DNA of 64,000 nucleotides from an uncultured Eubacterium sp. (GCA_910584985.1 CAJUDJ010000002.1:70411-134410); one strand, 5' to 3'; positions 1-10,292 are shown, numbered from the stretch's first letter. The notes: generated by a model not told the origin, from the sequence alone. A program made the numbers and translations.

Positions 1-2918
1 TTGTAAAGCGGAACATCATAAGGCATTGCGGCAGCAGCTCTGCTGTCCGTGGGGAATACACCCTCCAGCTTACCGGTCCATGCTTCAATCAGCTCATCGG
101 CGGTAAGCACCTCGCCATCTATAATAAACACGCCATTGTCATTCACCGTGCCAAGCTCAACTGCATTTTCAAGCACTGTGCCTGCCGCAAGCTCTGCAAC
201 AATATTGCCCTGCTTTGCAGCAAAAAGCGTTTCTTTATCAAGTGCCTGTGAAAAGGTAAAGCCCATCTTATTGCCGAATGCCATTTTACACACACAGGCA
301 GCTGCGCCGCCTTCTTTAACAACACTTGCCGCAAGAATACTTCCGTTTCTTACACCCTCGTATATATGCATCATAAATGCCATGGCTTTTTCATAATCGG
401 GAAGCCCGGTTTCGGCATCAACAGGAAGCTCTGCCATAACCACCTTTGAACCTGCACGCTTAAACTGTGCAGATACGGTTTTTGAAGCCTCGCTCATACC
501 AACTGCAAAGGAAACCAGCGTTGGCGGAACATCAAGTTCATTGAAAGAACCGCTCATACTGTCCTTACCGCCGATAGACGGTGTGCCGTATCCCACCTGT
601 GCGGAAATTGCACCGAGAAGTGCAGCGGCAGGCTTGCCCCAGCGTTTCGGATCATCATTGAGCCGTTCAAAATATTCCTGGAAGGTTAGCCTTGCCTGGC
701 TCGGATCACAGCCCACGCATGCAAGCTTCGCAAGCGATTCTGTTACAGCAAAGGCAGAGGAATGGAACGGACTCCAGCGGGAAAGCTTCGGAATAAAGCC
801 GTAGGACATAACGGTTGCCGTGTCTGTCTCACCTTCAAGAAGCGGTATCTTGGCCACCATGGCGTCTTCGGGTGTAAGCTGATATTTGCCGGCATACGGC
901 ATAAGCACCGTTGCTGCGCCGATAGACGAATCGAATCTTTCCACAAGGCCCTTCTGACTGCAAACCTCCAGCCTTGAAAGGTTTGCCTTAAGCGCATCGG
1001 CATTTGACTTATCCTGAAGCACGGCAGGGACTGCATTTCTGTAGTTTTCATTTTCATCCACAGCGGCAATCACGGCGTCTGCATGCTGGGTAACACCGTT
1101 TGTATTCAGGAAATCACGGCTGATATCCACAATTTTATCTCCGCGCCATGTCATAACAAGGCGGTTTGTGTCTGTAACAACGGCAACGGGGGTTGCTTCC
1201 AGATTTTCTGCATTGGAAAGTGCAATAAATGCATCTACATCGTTTTTATTCAGCACAACAGCCATTCTTTCCTGTGATTCGGAAATGGCAAGCTCCGTGC
1301 CGTCAAGCCCGTCATATTTCTTCGGTACTTTGTCAAGGTCTATATTCAGTCCGTCTGCAAGTTCACCGATAGCAACGGATACACCGCCTGCACCGAAATC
1401 ATTACATCTTTTAATCATCTTTGAAACAGCAGGATTGCGGAACAGTCTCTGAATTTTTCTTTCTGTGGGCGGATTGCCCTTCTGCACCTCTGCACCGCAG
1501 GTTTCAATGGAAGAGCTGTTGTGTGCCTTTGAAGAGCCTGTTGCACCGCCGCAGCCGTCTCTTCCTGTGCGGCCGCCGAGAAGCACGATAATATCTTCTT
1601 TCTGGGGCACTTCGCGGATAACATTTTCCTTGGGGGACGCACCGATAACCGCACCGATTTCCATTCGCTTTGCAACATAGCCGTCATCATAAAGTTCTGT
1701 TACCTGTCCTGTGGCAAGGCCGATCTGGTTGCCGTAGCTTGAATAGCCCTGTGCAGCGCCTGTAGTGATTTTTTTCTGCGGAAGCTTTGCATCAAGCGTT
1801 TCCTCAAACGGTGTTGTGGGATCGCCCGAGCCGGTAACACGCATTGCCTGATAAACATAGGCTCTGCCCGAAAGCGGATCACGGATTGCACCGCCAAGGC
1901 AGGTTGCTGCACCGCCGAACGGTTCTATCTCCGTTGGGTGGTTATGTGTTTCGTTTTTGAACTGAACGAGCCACTGCTCTGTTTTTCCGTCTATAACAAC
2001 GGGAACTTCGATGGAACAGGCATTAATTTCTTCGCTCTCGTCCAGATTTGCAACAAGGCCGCGTTTTTTCAGCACCTTGGTGCCGATGCATGCCATATCC
2101 ATCAGGCACACATCCTTTTCCCTGTTGCCGTAAACCTCTTTTCTGATTTCAAAATACTGATTCAGCACATCCTCGATGGCCTTTTTATATTTGCCGTCCT
2201 CAATCTCAATGCTGTCCAGCTTCGTGCTGAAAGTGGTATGGCGGCAGTGATCGCTCCAATAGGTATCAATCACTTTAAGCTCTGTAAGACTGGGGTCTCT
2301 TTCTTCTGTTTTGAAATAATCGCGCACCCAGCATAAATCGGCAACACTCATGGCAAAGCCCATTGAAGCATGATATGCCGCAATTTCATCGTCCGTTTTT
2401 TGAATAAAGCCGTTTATACGCACAATATCCGCCGGAACATCTGCTGAAATATCGAGGGTTTCGGGCATATCCATGGATGCCTCCCTTGATTCAACCGGGT
2501 TGATTATATAGGATTTGATTTTAGCGAATTCCGCATCGCTTATATCACCCTTAACCGCAATAACCTTTGCACTGGCAATAACCGGGCGATCGCCTGCTGT
2601 TAAAAGCTGAATGCACTGTGCCGCACTGTCTGCCCGCTGGTCATACTGGCCGGGAAGAAATTCTGTTGCAAAATATCTCCAGTCTGCCGGAATATCAATT
2701 TCATCATAAACATTATCAAGGTTCGGTTCTGAAAGGATTTCATTTACAGCACGGGAAAATTCATCCGCCGAAACCCCCTGGGCATCATAGCGGTTGATAA
2801 TTCTGAGCTTTTCAATTCCTTTAATGCCTACATTCGTTTTAAGGTCATCACGAATATGGCGGGCCTCAATATCGTTTCCTGTTTTCTTTTCAACATAAAC
2901 ACGAAATACTTTTGCCAT
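1..2918 (-). CDS. purL: Phosphoribosylformylglycinamidine (FGAM) synthase, large single-chain type; about 972 N-terminal codons, 3' end runs off the window start
   Basis: Absent from the ORF track because there is no in-window stop. Hand translation of the minus strand from ATG at 2918 (SD AAGGAG at 2928-2933) gives MAKVFRVYVEKKTGNDIEARHI... It is uninterrupted and contains VIDTYWSDHCRHTTF, FKNETHNHPTEIEPFGGAATCLGGAIRD and GGRTGRDGCGGATGSS. The short ORFs listed at 49-2336 are shadows of it. Confidence 0.93.
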   Translation of the reverse strand, partial: MAKVFRVYVEKKTGNDIEARHIRDDLKTNVGIKGIEKLRIINRYDAQGVSADEFSRAVNEILSEPNLDNVYDEIDIPADWRYFATEFLPGQYDQRADSAAQCIQLLTAGDRPVIASAKVIAVKGDISDAEFAKIKSYIINPVESREASMDMPETLDISADVPADIVRINGFIQKTDDEIAAYHASMGFAMSVADLCWVRDYFKTEERDPSLTELKVIDTYWSDHCRHTTFSTKLDSIEIEDGKYKKAIEDVLNQYFEIRKEVYGNREKDVCLMDMACIGTKVLKKRGLVANLDESEEINACSIEVPVVIDGKTEQWLVQFKNETHNHPTEIEPFGGAATCLGGAIRDPLSGRAYVYQAMRVTGSGDPTTPFEETLDAKLPQKKITTGAAQGYSSYGNQIGLATGQVTELYDDGYVAKRMEIGAVIGASPKENVIREVPQKEDIIVLLGGRTGRDGCGGATGSSKAHNSSSIETCGAEVQKGNPPTERKIQRLFRNPAVSKMIKRCNDFGAGGVSVAIGELADGLNIDLDKVPKKYDGLDGTELAISESQERMAVVLNKNDVDAFIALSNAENLEATPVAVVTDTNRLVMTWRGDKIVDISRDFLNTNGVTQHADAVIAAVDENENYRNAVPAVLQDKSNADALKANLSRLEVCSQKGLVERFDSSIGAATVLMPYAGKYQLTPEDAMVAKIPLLEGETDTATVMSYGFIPKLSRWSPFHSSAFAVTESLAKLACVGCDPSQARLTFQEYFERLNDDPKRWGKPAAALLGAISAQVGYGTPSIGGKDSMSGSFNELDVPPTLVSFAVGMSEASKTVSAQFKRAGSKVVMAELPVDAETGLPDYEKAMAFMMHIYEGVRNGSILAASVVKEGGAAACVCKMAFGNKMGFTFSQALDKETLFAAKQGNIVAELAAGTVLENAVELGTVNDNGVFIIDGEVLTADELIEAWTGKLEGVFPTDSRAAAAMPYDVPLY

Positions 2919-3145
2919 TGATTTATTCTCCTTAATTTTAATAAGTATTAAAATATTAATAGTAATATAATAGCACAAACATTTTATTTTGCATATAGAA
3001 ATTCTGAAATTTTAGTCAATAATTTGTAAAAAAGAAGTTAACATAAACATTTTTTTAAATAATATGTTATAATGAACATAGAAATTGTAATAGCAGACTT
3101 TATCCGGCTGCAAAAGCAAAAACAGAGGGGAGTTTTTGAAAAGCT

Positions 3146-4276
3146 TTGACAGACAACAGCGTTACAGACGAAAATCTTTACGAGGTGGAATTTTTGAACT
3201 GCACCGTGGATAAGGCGCAGGATTTTAAAATTATTGAATGCGACAGCCATTTTTCCGAATTCGCAGGCATTCATCCATCAAAAGTAAAGCAGGGGAAGCT
3301 ATTTTTAAGAGATATTCTAAAGCCTGTTGACAGGGAATATGTTTTCAAAAAAATATGCAAAAAAGACACAAAATATGTTTACATGGATTTTGAAATTCTG
3401 AACAGAGAAAACGAGCCTGTTTTTATCCACTGCACGGCAAAAAACCGTGAAAAATCATCGCTTTGCAGGCTTGTTTTTGCCGATGTTTCAAAAAGCCGTG
3501 AAAAAAGGGAAAAGCTGAAGCAGCAGGCCACCGCGGCTAACAGCCTGATTGACCTTGTTGCAGGCGGCATCTGCATATTCAGAGTTACGCCGGAGATGCA
3601 CTTTGATGCACTTTATATGAATGATGCCTGCTGCCGCATGTTCGGAACAACAAAGGAAAGCTACCGAAAACGGGAATACAGGCTGGATGAACTGATTCAC
3701 AGCAAGGATAAAACCATTGTTTTTCAGGCGATCGGCACGGCTATGGCAACAGGCGAGGGACTTAACCTTGAATACAGGGTGATGACACACCGAAACGAAT
3801 TTATGTGGTGCAGCTGCAGCGCTGCCGTTCAAAAATACGAAGCAGACGGAAGCCCTGTTTTTCAGGCGGTTTTCACCGATATTACAAGGATTAAACAGGC
3901 GGAACAGAAAGCAGATGCCGCCAACGAAAAGCTGATAAATCTGCTTGAAAATTTAACCGGCGCCATGTTTTTTGCAAGCCTTGAAAAGCCGTTTGAGGCT
4001 GATTATATCAGCGGTGATTTTGTAAGGCTTATCGGATATTCAAGGGATGAATTTGAACAGCGGTTTGACAATGATCTCGGAAAACTTGCAGACAGCTGCA
4101 CACAGCTTGCAGATGAAATCAAAAAACAGGTTTCAAAGGGCGGAAAAGCCGAAATTACATATACAATTCATGCAAAGGGGGCAAGGGCAGTGCCCGTTCG
4201 CGATACAAGAAAACTTGTTACACAGCAGGACGGCACAAAAACACTGATATGTGAGCTGGAGGAGTTAAGCAATTAA
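3146..4276 (+). CDS. Cytoplasmic protein made of three PAS-like sensor repeats with no recognisable output domain
   Basis: 376 aa ORF with a TTG start 3 codons after an in-frame stop; GGGGAG lies 13 nt upstream. Three roughly 110 aa PAS-like blocks are separated by coiled-coil linkers (KSREKREKLKQQA; FTDITRIKQAEQKADAANEKL). No HisKA/HATPase, GGDEF, EAL or HTH follows. Confidence 0.7.
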   Translation: MTDNSVTDENLYEVEFLNCTVDKAQDFKIIECDSHFSEFAGIHPSKVKQGKLFLRDILKPVDREYVFKKICKKDTKYVYMDFEILNRENEPVFIHCTAKNREKSSLCRLVFADVSKSREKREKLKQQATAANSLIDLVAGGICIFRVTPEMHFDALYMNDACCRMFGTTKESYRKREYRLDELIHSKDKTIVFQAIGTAMATGEGLNLEYRVMTHRNEFMWCSCSAAVQKYEADGSPVFQAVFTDITRIKQAEQKADAANEKLINLLENLTGAMFFASLEKPFEADYISGDFVRLIGYSRDEFEQRFDNDLGKLADSCTQLADEIKKQVSKGGKAEITYTIHAKGARAVPVRDTRKLVTQQDGTKTLICELEELSN

Positions 4277-4284
4277 CAGAAAAT

Positions 4285-5778
4285 ATGGATAAAATAAAAG
4301 TCTTTTCAACACGGTTTGTTGATGAATATTCAAGGGAAAGAATTTTTTACGGTATTAATTTTGGTTCCAAGGCTATGCCGCTTTCAAATGCAATGCCTTA
4401 TTATCAGGATAACATTTCCTTTTATCTTTCGTATTTTAAAGAGCATGGTTTTAATGTTATTAGATATTTCCTGAACTGGGAATATATTGAGCCAGAGCCG
4501 AACAGATACAACAGGGCGGTGCTTGAAGAAATCGGCACCTTTCTGGATGAATGTGAAAAGAATAATATATATGTTATTCTTGATATGCATCAGGATTTAT
4601 TCGGTGCTTTTAATAAAAGAGTATACAGTAAAAAGGATAACGGAATGGGAAATGGTGCACCCCGCTGGGCATGCATAACAAACGGAGTGCGCTATAAAAA
4701 CCACAGATTTTTGTGGGCGGCAGGTTATTTTAATGATAAGGCTGTTCACAATGCTTTTGACAATTTTTGGGAAAACACAGAGGTTTACGGCAGAGGATTG
4801 TTGGATCGGTTCTGCGATTTATGGCGTATGCTTGCAAAAAAATTCGGAAATCATCCTTCTGTTCTGGGCTTTGATATACTTAATGAACCGTTTCCCGGAA
4901 GTGATGGCGGAAAGGTTTTTAATCAGCTTGTAAAATCCGCTCTGACAACAGCTGTAAAAAGCAAAAAGCTGAATAGAAAAGAGTTTTTAAAATCTATTGC
5001 TGATAAAAATCCGGTTAAAAGTGTGCTTGATCAATTCAGCGGAGAATTTCTGAATGAAATAACGCAACCCTGCGGCGAGCTTATAAAAAAGTTTGATACA
5101 GAAAGATATTTTCCTTTTATTAACAAAGTTACTGCTGCTATAAGAGAAGAAACGCAAAATGGAGTTATTTTCAGGGAAAACTGCTATTATTCAAATATCG
5201 GAATACCAAGTTGTGCACCGCCCATTGCGGTAAATAATAAGCGGGAGGAAAATCAGGCATTTGCTCCGCACGCATATGATTTTATGGTGGATTCACCTTT
5301 TTATAAATATGCAAATAACAGCAGAATTGAAGCCATTTTCAGAAAAAGAAGAGAAGAACAGAATAAGTTGGATATGCCTATGCTTGTCGGAGAATGGGGT
5401 GGCGGCGGAGCATTGGATTGGATTGATCACGGAGAATTTATTTTAAATCTTTTTGATAGTTTTAAATGGAGCAGCACCTATTGGTGCTTCGATAAGCATC
5501 TTACCGAATTTCCTGTAATGCAAATGCTGTGCAGACCGCATCCTGTTGCAGTATGCGGAAGCATTGAAAAATATAATTTTGATAAAAATAACCAGTGCTT
5601 TTACCTTTCATTTAATCAGAACAGGGAATTTGATGTTCCAACGGAAATTTTCTGCCATAAAAAGCCTTGCAGAATCATTGCAAACGGCAGATATGAGCTT
5701 GAACAGCTCAGCGCATATACATATATACTTACGCTTTTTACCGAAAAAGGAAGCAATGAAATAACGGTTGAGTTTTAA
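4285..5778 (+). CDS. Glycoside hydrolase family 5 (endoglycoceramidase/cellulase-like), no signal peptide
   Basis: 497 aa. GH5 hallmarks: NWEYIEP, ILDMHQD, acid/base Glu in FDILNEPFPG and nucleophile Glu in LVGEWGGGG. The N-terminus MDKIKVFSTRFVDEY is not hydrophobic. Confidence 0.85.
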   Translation: MDKIKVFSTRFVDEYSRERIFYGINFGSKAMPLSNAMPYYQDNISFYLSYFKEHGFNVIRYFLNWEYIEPEPNRYNRAVLEEIGTFLDECEKNNIYVILDMHQDLFGAFNKRVYSKKDNGMGNGAPRWACITNGVRYKNHRFLWAAGYFNDKAVHNAFDNFWENTEVYGRGLLDRFCDLWRMLAKKFGNHPSVLGFDILNEPFPGSDGGKVFNQLVKSALTTAVKSKKLNRKEFLKSIADKNPVKSVLDQFSGEFLNEITQPCGELIKKFDTERYFPFINKVTAAIREETQNGVIFRENCYYSNIGIPSCAPPIAVNNKREENQAFAPHAYDFMVDSPFYKYANNSRIEAIFRKRREEQNKLDMPMLVGEWGGGGALDWIDHGEFILNLFDSFKWSSTYWCFDKHLTEFPVMQMLCRPHPVAVCGSIEKYNFDKNNQCFYLSFNQNREFDVPTEIFCHKKPCRIIANGRYELEQLSAYTYILTLFTEKGSNEITVEF

Positions 5779-5811
5779 TAAAAGAATTGATTTTAAAGCT
5801 TTTTATAAGAG

Positions 5812-5850
5812 AAAAGGTGTACGGTTCGGTTTTGAACTGTACACCTTTTA
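5812..5850. terminator. Bidirectional intrinsic terminator between GH5 (+) and glmU (-)
   Basis: AAAGGTGTAC...GTACACCTTT inverted repeat flanked by A-rich and T-rich tracts between convergent genes. Confidence 0.6.
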
Positions 5851-5858
5851 TGTTAAGT

Positions 5859-7238
5859 TTATTTCATATCTTTATACGGCTTTTTCTCTGTTACCCAGCC
5901 TTCCTTGTTCTGCTGCTTTGCCCTTGCAACCGCAAGTGCATTTTCGGGCACATCCTGTGTAATGGTTGAACCTGCAGCCGTAAAAGCATAATCACCGATT
6001 TCAACAGGCGCAATCAGATTTGTGTTGCAGCCGAGAAATGCATGATTGCCTATTTTGCAGCGGCTTTTGTTTTTTCCGTCATAATTCACTGTTACGGTGC
6101 CGCAGCCGAAATTCACATTTTCGCCCACATCCGAATCTCCGATATAGGTGAGATGTGCACTTTTCGTTCCTGCACCCACAACGGAATTCTTCACTTCCAC
6201 AAAATCGCCGATATGCACATTTTTGCAAAGCCTGCTGCCTGCCCTTACCTGAACAAACGGTCCGCAGTCCACACCGTCTTCAACCTCACTGTCCGTAAGC
6301 TTCACATTATCCAGCACAACATTATTGCCGATAACACCGTCCTTAATATAAGTATTCGGTCCGATTACGCAGTCCTTTCCGATAACCGTGTTTCCGAGAA
6401 GAATTGTATTGGGAAGAATGGTTGTGCAGGCACCGATTTTAACATCCATGCCAATCATAACACCGTCCGTGCACGGAATATCCACACCGTTTACCATATG
6501 TGCCGTGTTTATATTTCGTCTCATAATCGAATTCAGCTCATTCAGCTGCTTTCTGTCATTCGCACCGAGAATAACCTCGCTGTTTTCACAGATATACGCA
6601 CCTGCATTTTTTCCCTTGTTAATCAGAATTTCAAGACTGTCTGTTAAATAATACTCGTTCTGGGCATTCTGATTATTGATATTGGAAAGTGCATAAAGCA
6701 AATCCTCGCCGTTAAACCAATACATACCGGCGTTGGATTCATTGATTTTCTTTTCCTCTTCATCGGCATCCTTGTGTTCAACGATACGGAGCAGCGTGCC
6801 GTTTTCATCTCTCTTAATATGACCGATTCCGTTCGTATCCTCAACAATGGCAGAGGTTAGCGTGATTGCATTCCCATTTGCCATATGATATTCATAAACC
6901 TGATTGATGGTTTCTGCCGTCATCATAGGGCCGTCCCCGTTTAAAATAAGGATTTCATCCTCCTTGTGCTTTTCAACAAAATCCCTTGCCATCATAACTG
7001 CATGGCCTGTGCCCAGCTGGGGATTCTGGTAGGCAGTTTCAATATCTGCATCCAGATACGCCTCAACCACTTCGTGCTTGTAACCCGTTACAACACAGAT
7101 TTTTTCACAGCCCGCTTCCCGAACTGCTCTTAAAACATAATGCAGCATCGGCTTGAAAAGCACTTCGCACATAACTTTGGGAGCTTCTGATTTCATTCTT
7201 GTTCCCTTGCCGCCGGCAAGAATTATTGCACATTTCAT
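5859..7238 (-). CDS. glmU: Bifunctional UDP-N-acetylglucosamine pyrophosphorylase / glucosamine-1-phosphate N-acetyltransferase
   Basis: 459 aa. N-terminal LAGGKGTRMKS nucleotidyltransferase motif and C-terminal left-handed beta-helix hexapeptide repeats. SD AAGGAG lies upstream. Confidence 0.95.
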   Translation of the reverse strand: MKCAIILAGGKGTRMKSEAPKVMCEVLFKPMLHYVLRAVREAGCEKICVVTGYKHEVVEAYLDADIETAYQNPQLGTGHAVMMARDFVEKHKEDEILILNGDGPMMTAETINQVYEYHMANGNAITLTSAIVEDTNGIGHIKRDENGTLLRIVEHKDADEEEKKINESNAGMYWFNGEDLLYALSNINNQNAQNEYYLTDSLEILINKGKNAGAYICENSEVILGANDRKQLNELNSIMRRNINTAHMVNGVDIPCTDGVMIGMDVKIGACTTILPNTILLGNTVIGKDCVIGPNTYIKDGVIGNNVVLDNVKLTDSEVEDGVDCGPFVQVRAGSRLCKNVHIGDFVEVKNSVVGAGTKSAHLTYIGDSDVGENVNFGCGTVTVNYDGKNKSRCKIGNHAFLGCNTNLIAPVEIGDYAFTAAGSTITQDVPENALAVARAKQQNKEGWVTEKKPYKDMK

Positions 7239-7495
7239 TACACTTTATCTCCTTAAAAAGAAAGATTTCACATTTTTGTGAATTTTTACTTGACTGAAAA
7301 CAGATAGGGGGAAAGGGGTTGTAAGACAAAACTGCCCTGCACCTGAAACGAATGCATTTTTAACGCAGTATTTCGCAAAAGCACATCATTCTCAGACTCT
7401 TTCTCCTTATCTGCTTTCAGTCTTTATCATTATGCACGAAATTTTATAAGATTTCAATTATTATTTCCATTTTTTCTATTTTTTTCAAAAATTAT

Positions 7496-7524
7496 TTGTA
7501 TTTTTTTAATAGGTATGCTATAAT
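7496..7524 (+). promoter_or_regulatory. Candidate sigma-A promoter of ppdK with extended -10
   Basis: -35 TTGTAT (7496-7501), 17 nt spacer, TGcTATAAT (7516-7524), about 85 nt upstream of the ppdK start. Confidence 0.5.
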
Positions 7525-7606
7525 GCTATCACAATATACAATGAAACAGTTCTGCTGTTTACAAGGTATAATAATAAAATCTAAAATTTTAGGAGGTATT
7601 CCCAAT

Positions 7607-10237
7607 ATGGCAAAGAAATATTGTTACCTTTTCTCAGAGGGTAATGCCGGAATGAGAGAGCTTCTCGGCGGTAAAGGTGCAAACCTTGCTGAAATGACCA
7701 ATATCGGTCTTCCGGTACCACAGGGATTCACAATCACAACAGAAGCTTGTACTCAGTATTATGAGGACGGCCGCAAAATCAACGATGATATTATGGCTGA
7801 AATTGAAGAGTACATTGTAAAGATGGAGGAAATCACAGGCAAAAAGTTCGGTGATATGGAAAATCCTCTTCTTGTATCGGTTCGTTCAGGCGCACGCGCT
7901 TCCATGCCCGGTATGATGGATACAATTCTGAATCTTGGTTTGAACGAAGATGTTGTTAATGCAATCGCTGAAAAATCAGGCAATCCAAGATGGGCTTGGG
8001 ACTGTTACAGAAGATTCATCCAGATGTATTCCGATGTAGTTATGGAAGTTGGTAAGAAATATTTTGAAGAGCTTATCGACAAGATGAAGGAAGAAAAGGG
8101 CGTTAAGCTTGATGTTGAGCTTACTGCCGAAGACCTTAAGGAGCTTGCTGCTCAGTTTAAGGCTGAATATAAAGAGAAAATAGGCGCAGATTTCCCGGCT
8201 GATCCCAAGGAACAGCTTATGGGCGCTGTTATGGCTGTATTCCGTTCATGGGATAACCCGCGTGCAAATGTTTACCGCCGTGATAACGATATTCCTTATT
8301 CATGGGGCACAGCCGTTAATGTTCAGTCTATGGCATTCGGCAACATGGGTGATGACTGCGGCACAGGTGTTGCTTTCACACGTGACCCTGCAACAGGCAC
8401 AAAAGGCCTTTTCGGTGAGTTCTTAACAAACGCACAGGGCGAAGATGTTGTTGCCGGCGTTCGCACACCGATGCACATCTCAGAGATGGAGCAGAAATTC
8501 CCTGAAGCTTTCGCAGAATTCACAAAAGTTTGTGCTATTCTTGAAGATCATTACAGAGATATGCAGGATATGGAATTTACGGTTGAGCACGGAAAGCTCT
8601 TCATGCTTCAGACAAGAAACGGCAAGAGAACTGCTCAGGCTGCTCTTCAGATTGCCTGCGACCTTGTTGACGAAGGCATGAGAACACCGCAGGAAGCCGT
8701 TGAAATGATTGATCCCCGTAACCTTGACACACTTCTTCACCCACAGTTTGATGCTGCTGCAATTAAAGCTGCAACACCTGTAGGCAAGGGTCTCGGTGCA
8801 TCTCCGGGTGCTGCTTGCGGTAAAATCGTATTCACTGCCGATGATGCAGTTGAATGGAACGCAAGAGGTGAAAAGGTTGTTCTTGTTCGTCTTGAAACAT
8901 CACCTGAAGATATTACGGGTATGAAAGCTGCACAGGGTATTCTTACTGTTCGCGGCGGTATGACCTCTCACGCTGCCGTTGTTGCACGCGGAATGGGCAC
9001 ATGCTGCGTTTCTGGCTGCGGCGATATCAATATGGATGAAGAAAACAAGAAATTCACACTTGCAGGCAAAGAATACCATGAGGGTGATTATCTTTCCATT
9101 GACGGTTCAACCGGTAATATCTATGACGGTCTTATTCCTACTGTTGACGCTACAATCGCCGGCACTTTCGGCAGAATCATGGGCTGGGCTGATGAGTTCA
9201 GAACATTAAAGGTTCGCACAAATGCTGATACACCTGCAGATGCGAAAAAGGCAAGAGAACTCGGCGCTGAGGGCATCGGTCTCTGCCGTACAGAGCACAT
9301 GTTCTTCGAGGAAGACAGAATTGCTGCTTTCCGTGAAATGATTTGTTCAGACACTGTTGAGGAAAGAGAAGCTGCTCTTGAGAAGATTCTTCCTTATCAG
9401 CAGGGCGATTTCAAGGCACTTTACGAAGCACTTGAAGGCTGTCCGGTAACCATCCGTTTCCTTGATCCTCCGCTTCATGAATTCGTTCCTACCGAAGAAG
9501 AAGACATCAAGAAGCTTGCTGATTCACAGGGCAAATCTGTTGAAGACATCAAGGCTCTTATCGCTTCTCTTCATGAATTCAACCCGATGATGGGCCACCG
9601 CGGACTTCGTCTTGCAGTAACCTATCCCGAAATTGCAAAGATGCAGACAAAGGCTGTTATCCGCGCTGCTATCGAGGTTCAGAAGGAGCATGCAGACTGG
9701 AAGGTTTGCCCGGAAATTATGATTCCGCTTGCCTGCGATACAAAAGAACTTAAGTATGTTAAGAATGTTGTTGTTGAAACTGCTGATGCAGAAATCGCTG
9801 CAGCAGGCATTGACATGAAATATGAAGTTGGTACCATGATTGAAATCCCGCGTGCTGCTCTTACAGCAGACCAGATTGCAACAGAGGCTGAATTCTTCTG
9901 CTTCGGTACAAATGACCTTACACAGATGACATACGGCTTCAGCCGTGATGATGCAGGTAAGTTCCTGAATGCTTACTATGATGCAAAGATTTTCGAGAAC
10001 GATCCGTTTGCTAAGCTTGACACAGTCGGCGTTGGCTCTCTTATGAAGATGGCTGTTGAAAAGGGTAAGGCAACCCGCGCAAGCCTTCACTGCGGTATCT
10101 GCGGTGAGCACGGCGGCGACCCGAGCTCTGTTGAATTCTGCCACGAAATCGGTCTTGATTATGTATCCTGCTCACCATTCCGTGTTCCGATTGCCCGCCT
10201 TGCTGCTGCACAGGCTGCAATCAAAAATTCAAAATAA
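7607..10237 (+). CDS. ppdK: Pyruvate, phosphate dikinase
   Basis: Track ORF starts at 7496. The real start is taken as ATG 7607 (MAKKYCYLF...), preceded by AGGAGG at 7591-7596. Motifs: GGKGANLAEM, phospho-His loop GGMTSHAAVVARGMG, CRTEHMF and FFCFGTNDLTQ. Confidence 0.96.
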   Translation: MAKKYCYLFSEGNAGMRELLGGKGANLAEMTNIGLPVPQGFTITTEACTQYYEDGRKINDDIMAEIEEYIVKMEEITGKKFGDMENPLLVSVRSGARASMPGMMDTILNLGLNEDVVNAIAEKSGNPRWAWDCYRRFIQMYSDVVMEVGKKYFEELIDKMKEEKGVKLDVELTAEDLKELAAQFKAEYKEKIGADFPADPKEQLMGAVMAVFRSWDNPRANVYRRDNDIPYSWGTAVNVQSMAFGNMGDDCGTGVAFTRDPATGTKGLFGEFLTNAQGEDVVAGVRTPMHISEMEQKFPEAFAEFTKVCAILEDHYRDMQDMEFTVEHGKLFMLQTRNGKRTAQAALQIACDLVDEGMRTPQEAVEMIDPRNLDTLLHPQFDAAAIKAATPVGKGLGASPGAACGKIVFTADDAVEWNARGEKVVLVRLETSPEDITGMKAAQGILTVRGGMTSHAAVVARGMGTCCVSGCGDINMDEENKKFTLAGKEYHEGDYLSIDGSTGNIYDGLIPTVDATIAGTFGRIMGWADEFRTLKVRTNADTPADAKKARELGAEGIGLCRTEHMFFEEDRIAAFREMICSDTVEEREAALEKILPYQQGDFKALYEALEGCPVTIRFLDPPLHEFVPTEEEDIKKLADSQGKSVEDIKALIASLHEFNPMMGHRGLRLAVTYPEIAKMQTKAVIRAAIEVQKEHADWKVCPEIMIPLACDTKELKYVKNVVVETADAEIAAAGIDMKYEVGTMIEIPRAALTADQIATEAEFFCFGTNDLTQMTYGFSRDDAGKFLNAYYDAKIFENDPFAKLDTVGVGSLMKMAVEKGKATRASLHCGICGEHGGDPSSVEFCHEIGLDYVSCSPFRVPIARLAAAQAAIKNSK

Positions 10238-10261
10238 TTAAATTTAAAACAGTAAATCGAT

Positions 10262-10292
10262 CTTGCAGAATTGCTTCTGCAAGGTCTTTTTT
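10262..10292 (+). terminator. Intrinsic terminator after ppdK
   Basis: CTTGCAGAA-ttgc-TTCTGCAAG hairpin followed by GTCTTTTTT. Confidence 0.75.

Noticed and set aside
49-2336. Many short plus- and minus-strand ORFs listed by the track across the first 2.9 kb.
   Set aside because: The whole interval is one uninterrupted minus-strand reading frame (purL). The track omits it because it has no in-window stop, and the listed ORFs are off-frame shadows.
2919-3145. Looked for a purine riboswitch, ZTP riboswitch or other leader upstream of purL.
   Set aside because: The 227 nt spacer is almost pure A/T, with no G/C-paired helices or conserved purine or ZTP riboswitch cores. Only promoter-like hexamers are present, for example TGtTATAAT at 3065-3073 for the PAS gene.
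7105-7329. 74 aa minus-strand ORF spanning the glmU start region.
   Set aside because: It is out of frame with glmU and overlaps it, has no SD, and extends into the promoter region. It is an artefact of ORF calling.
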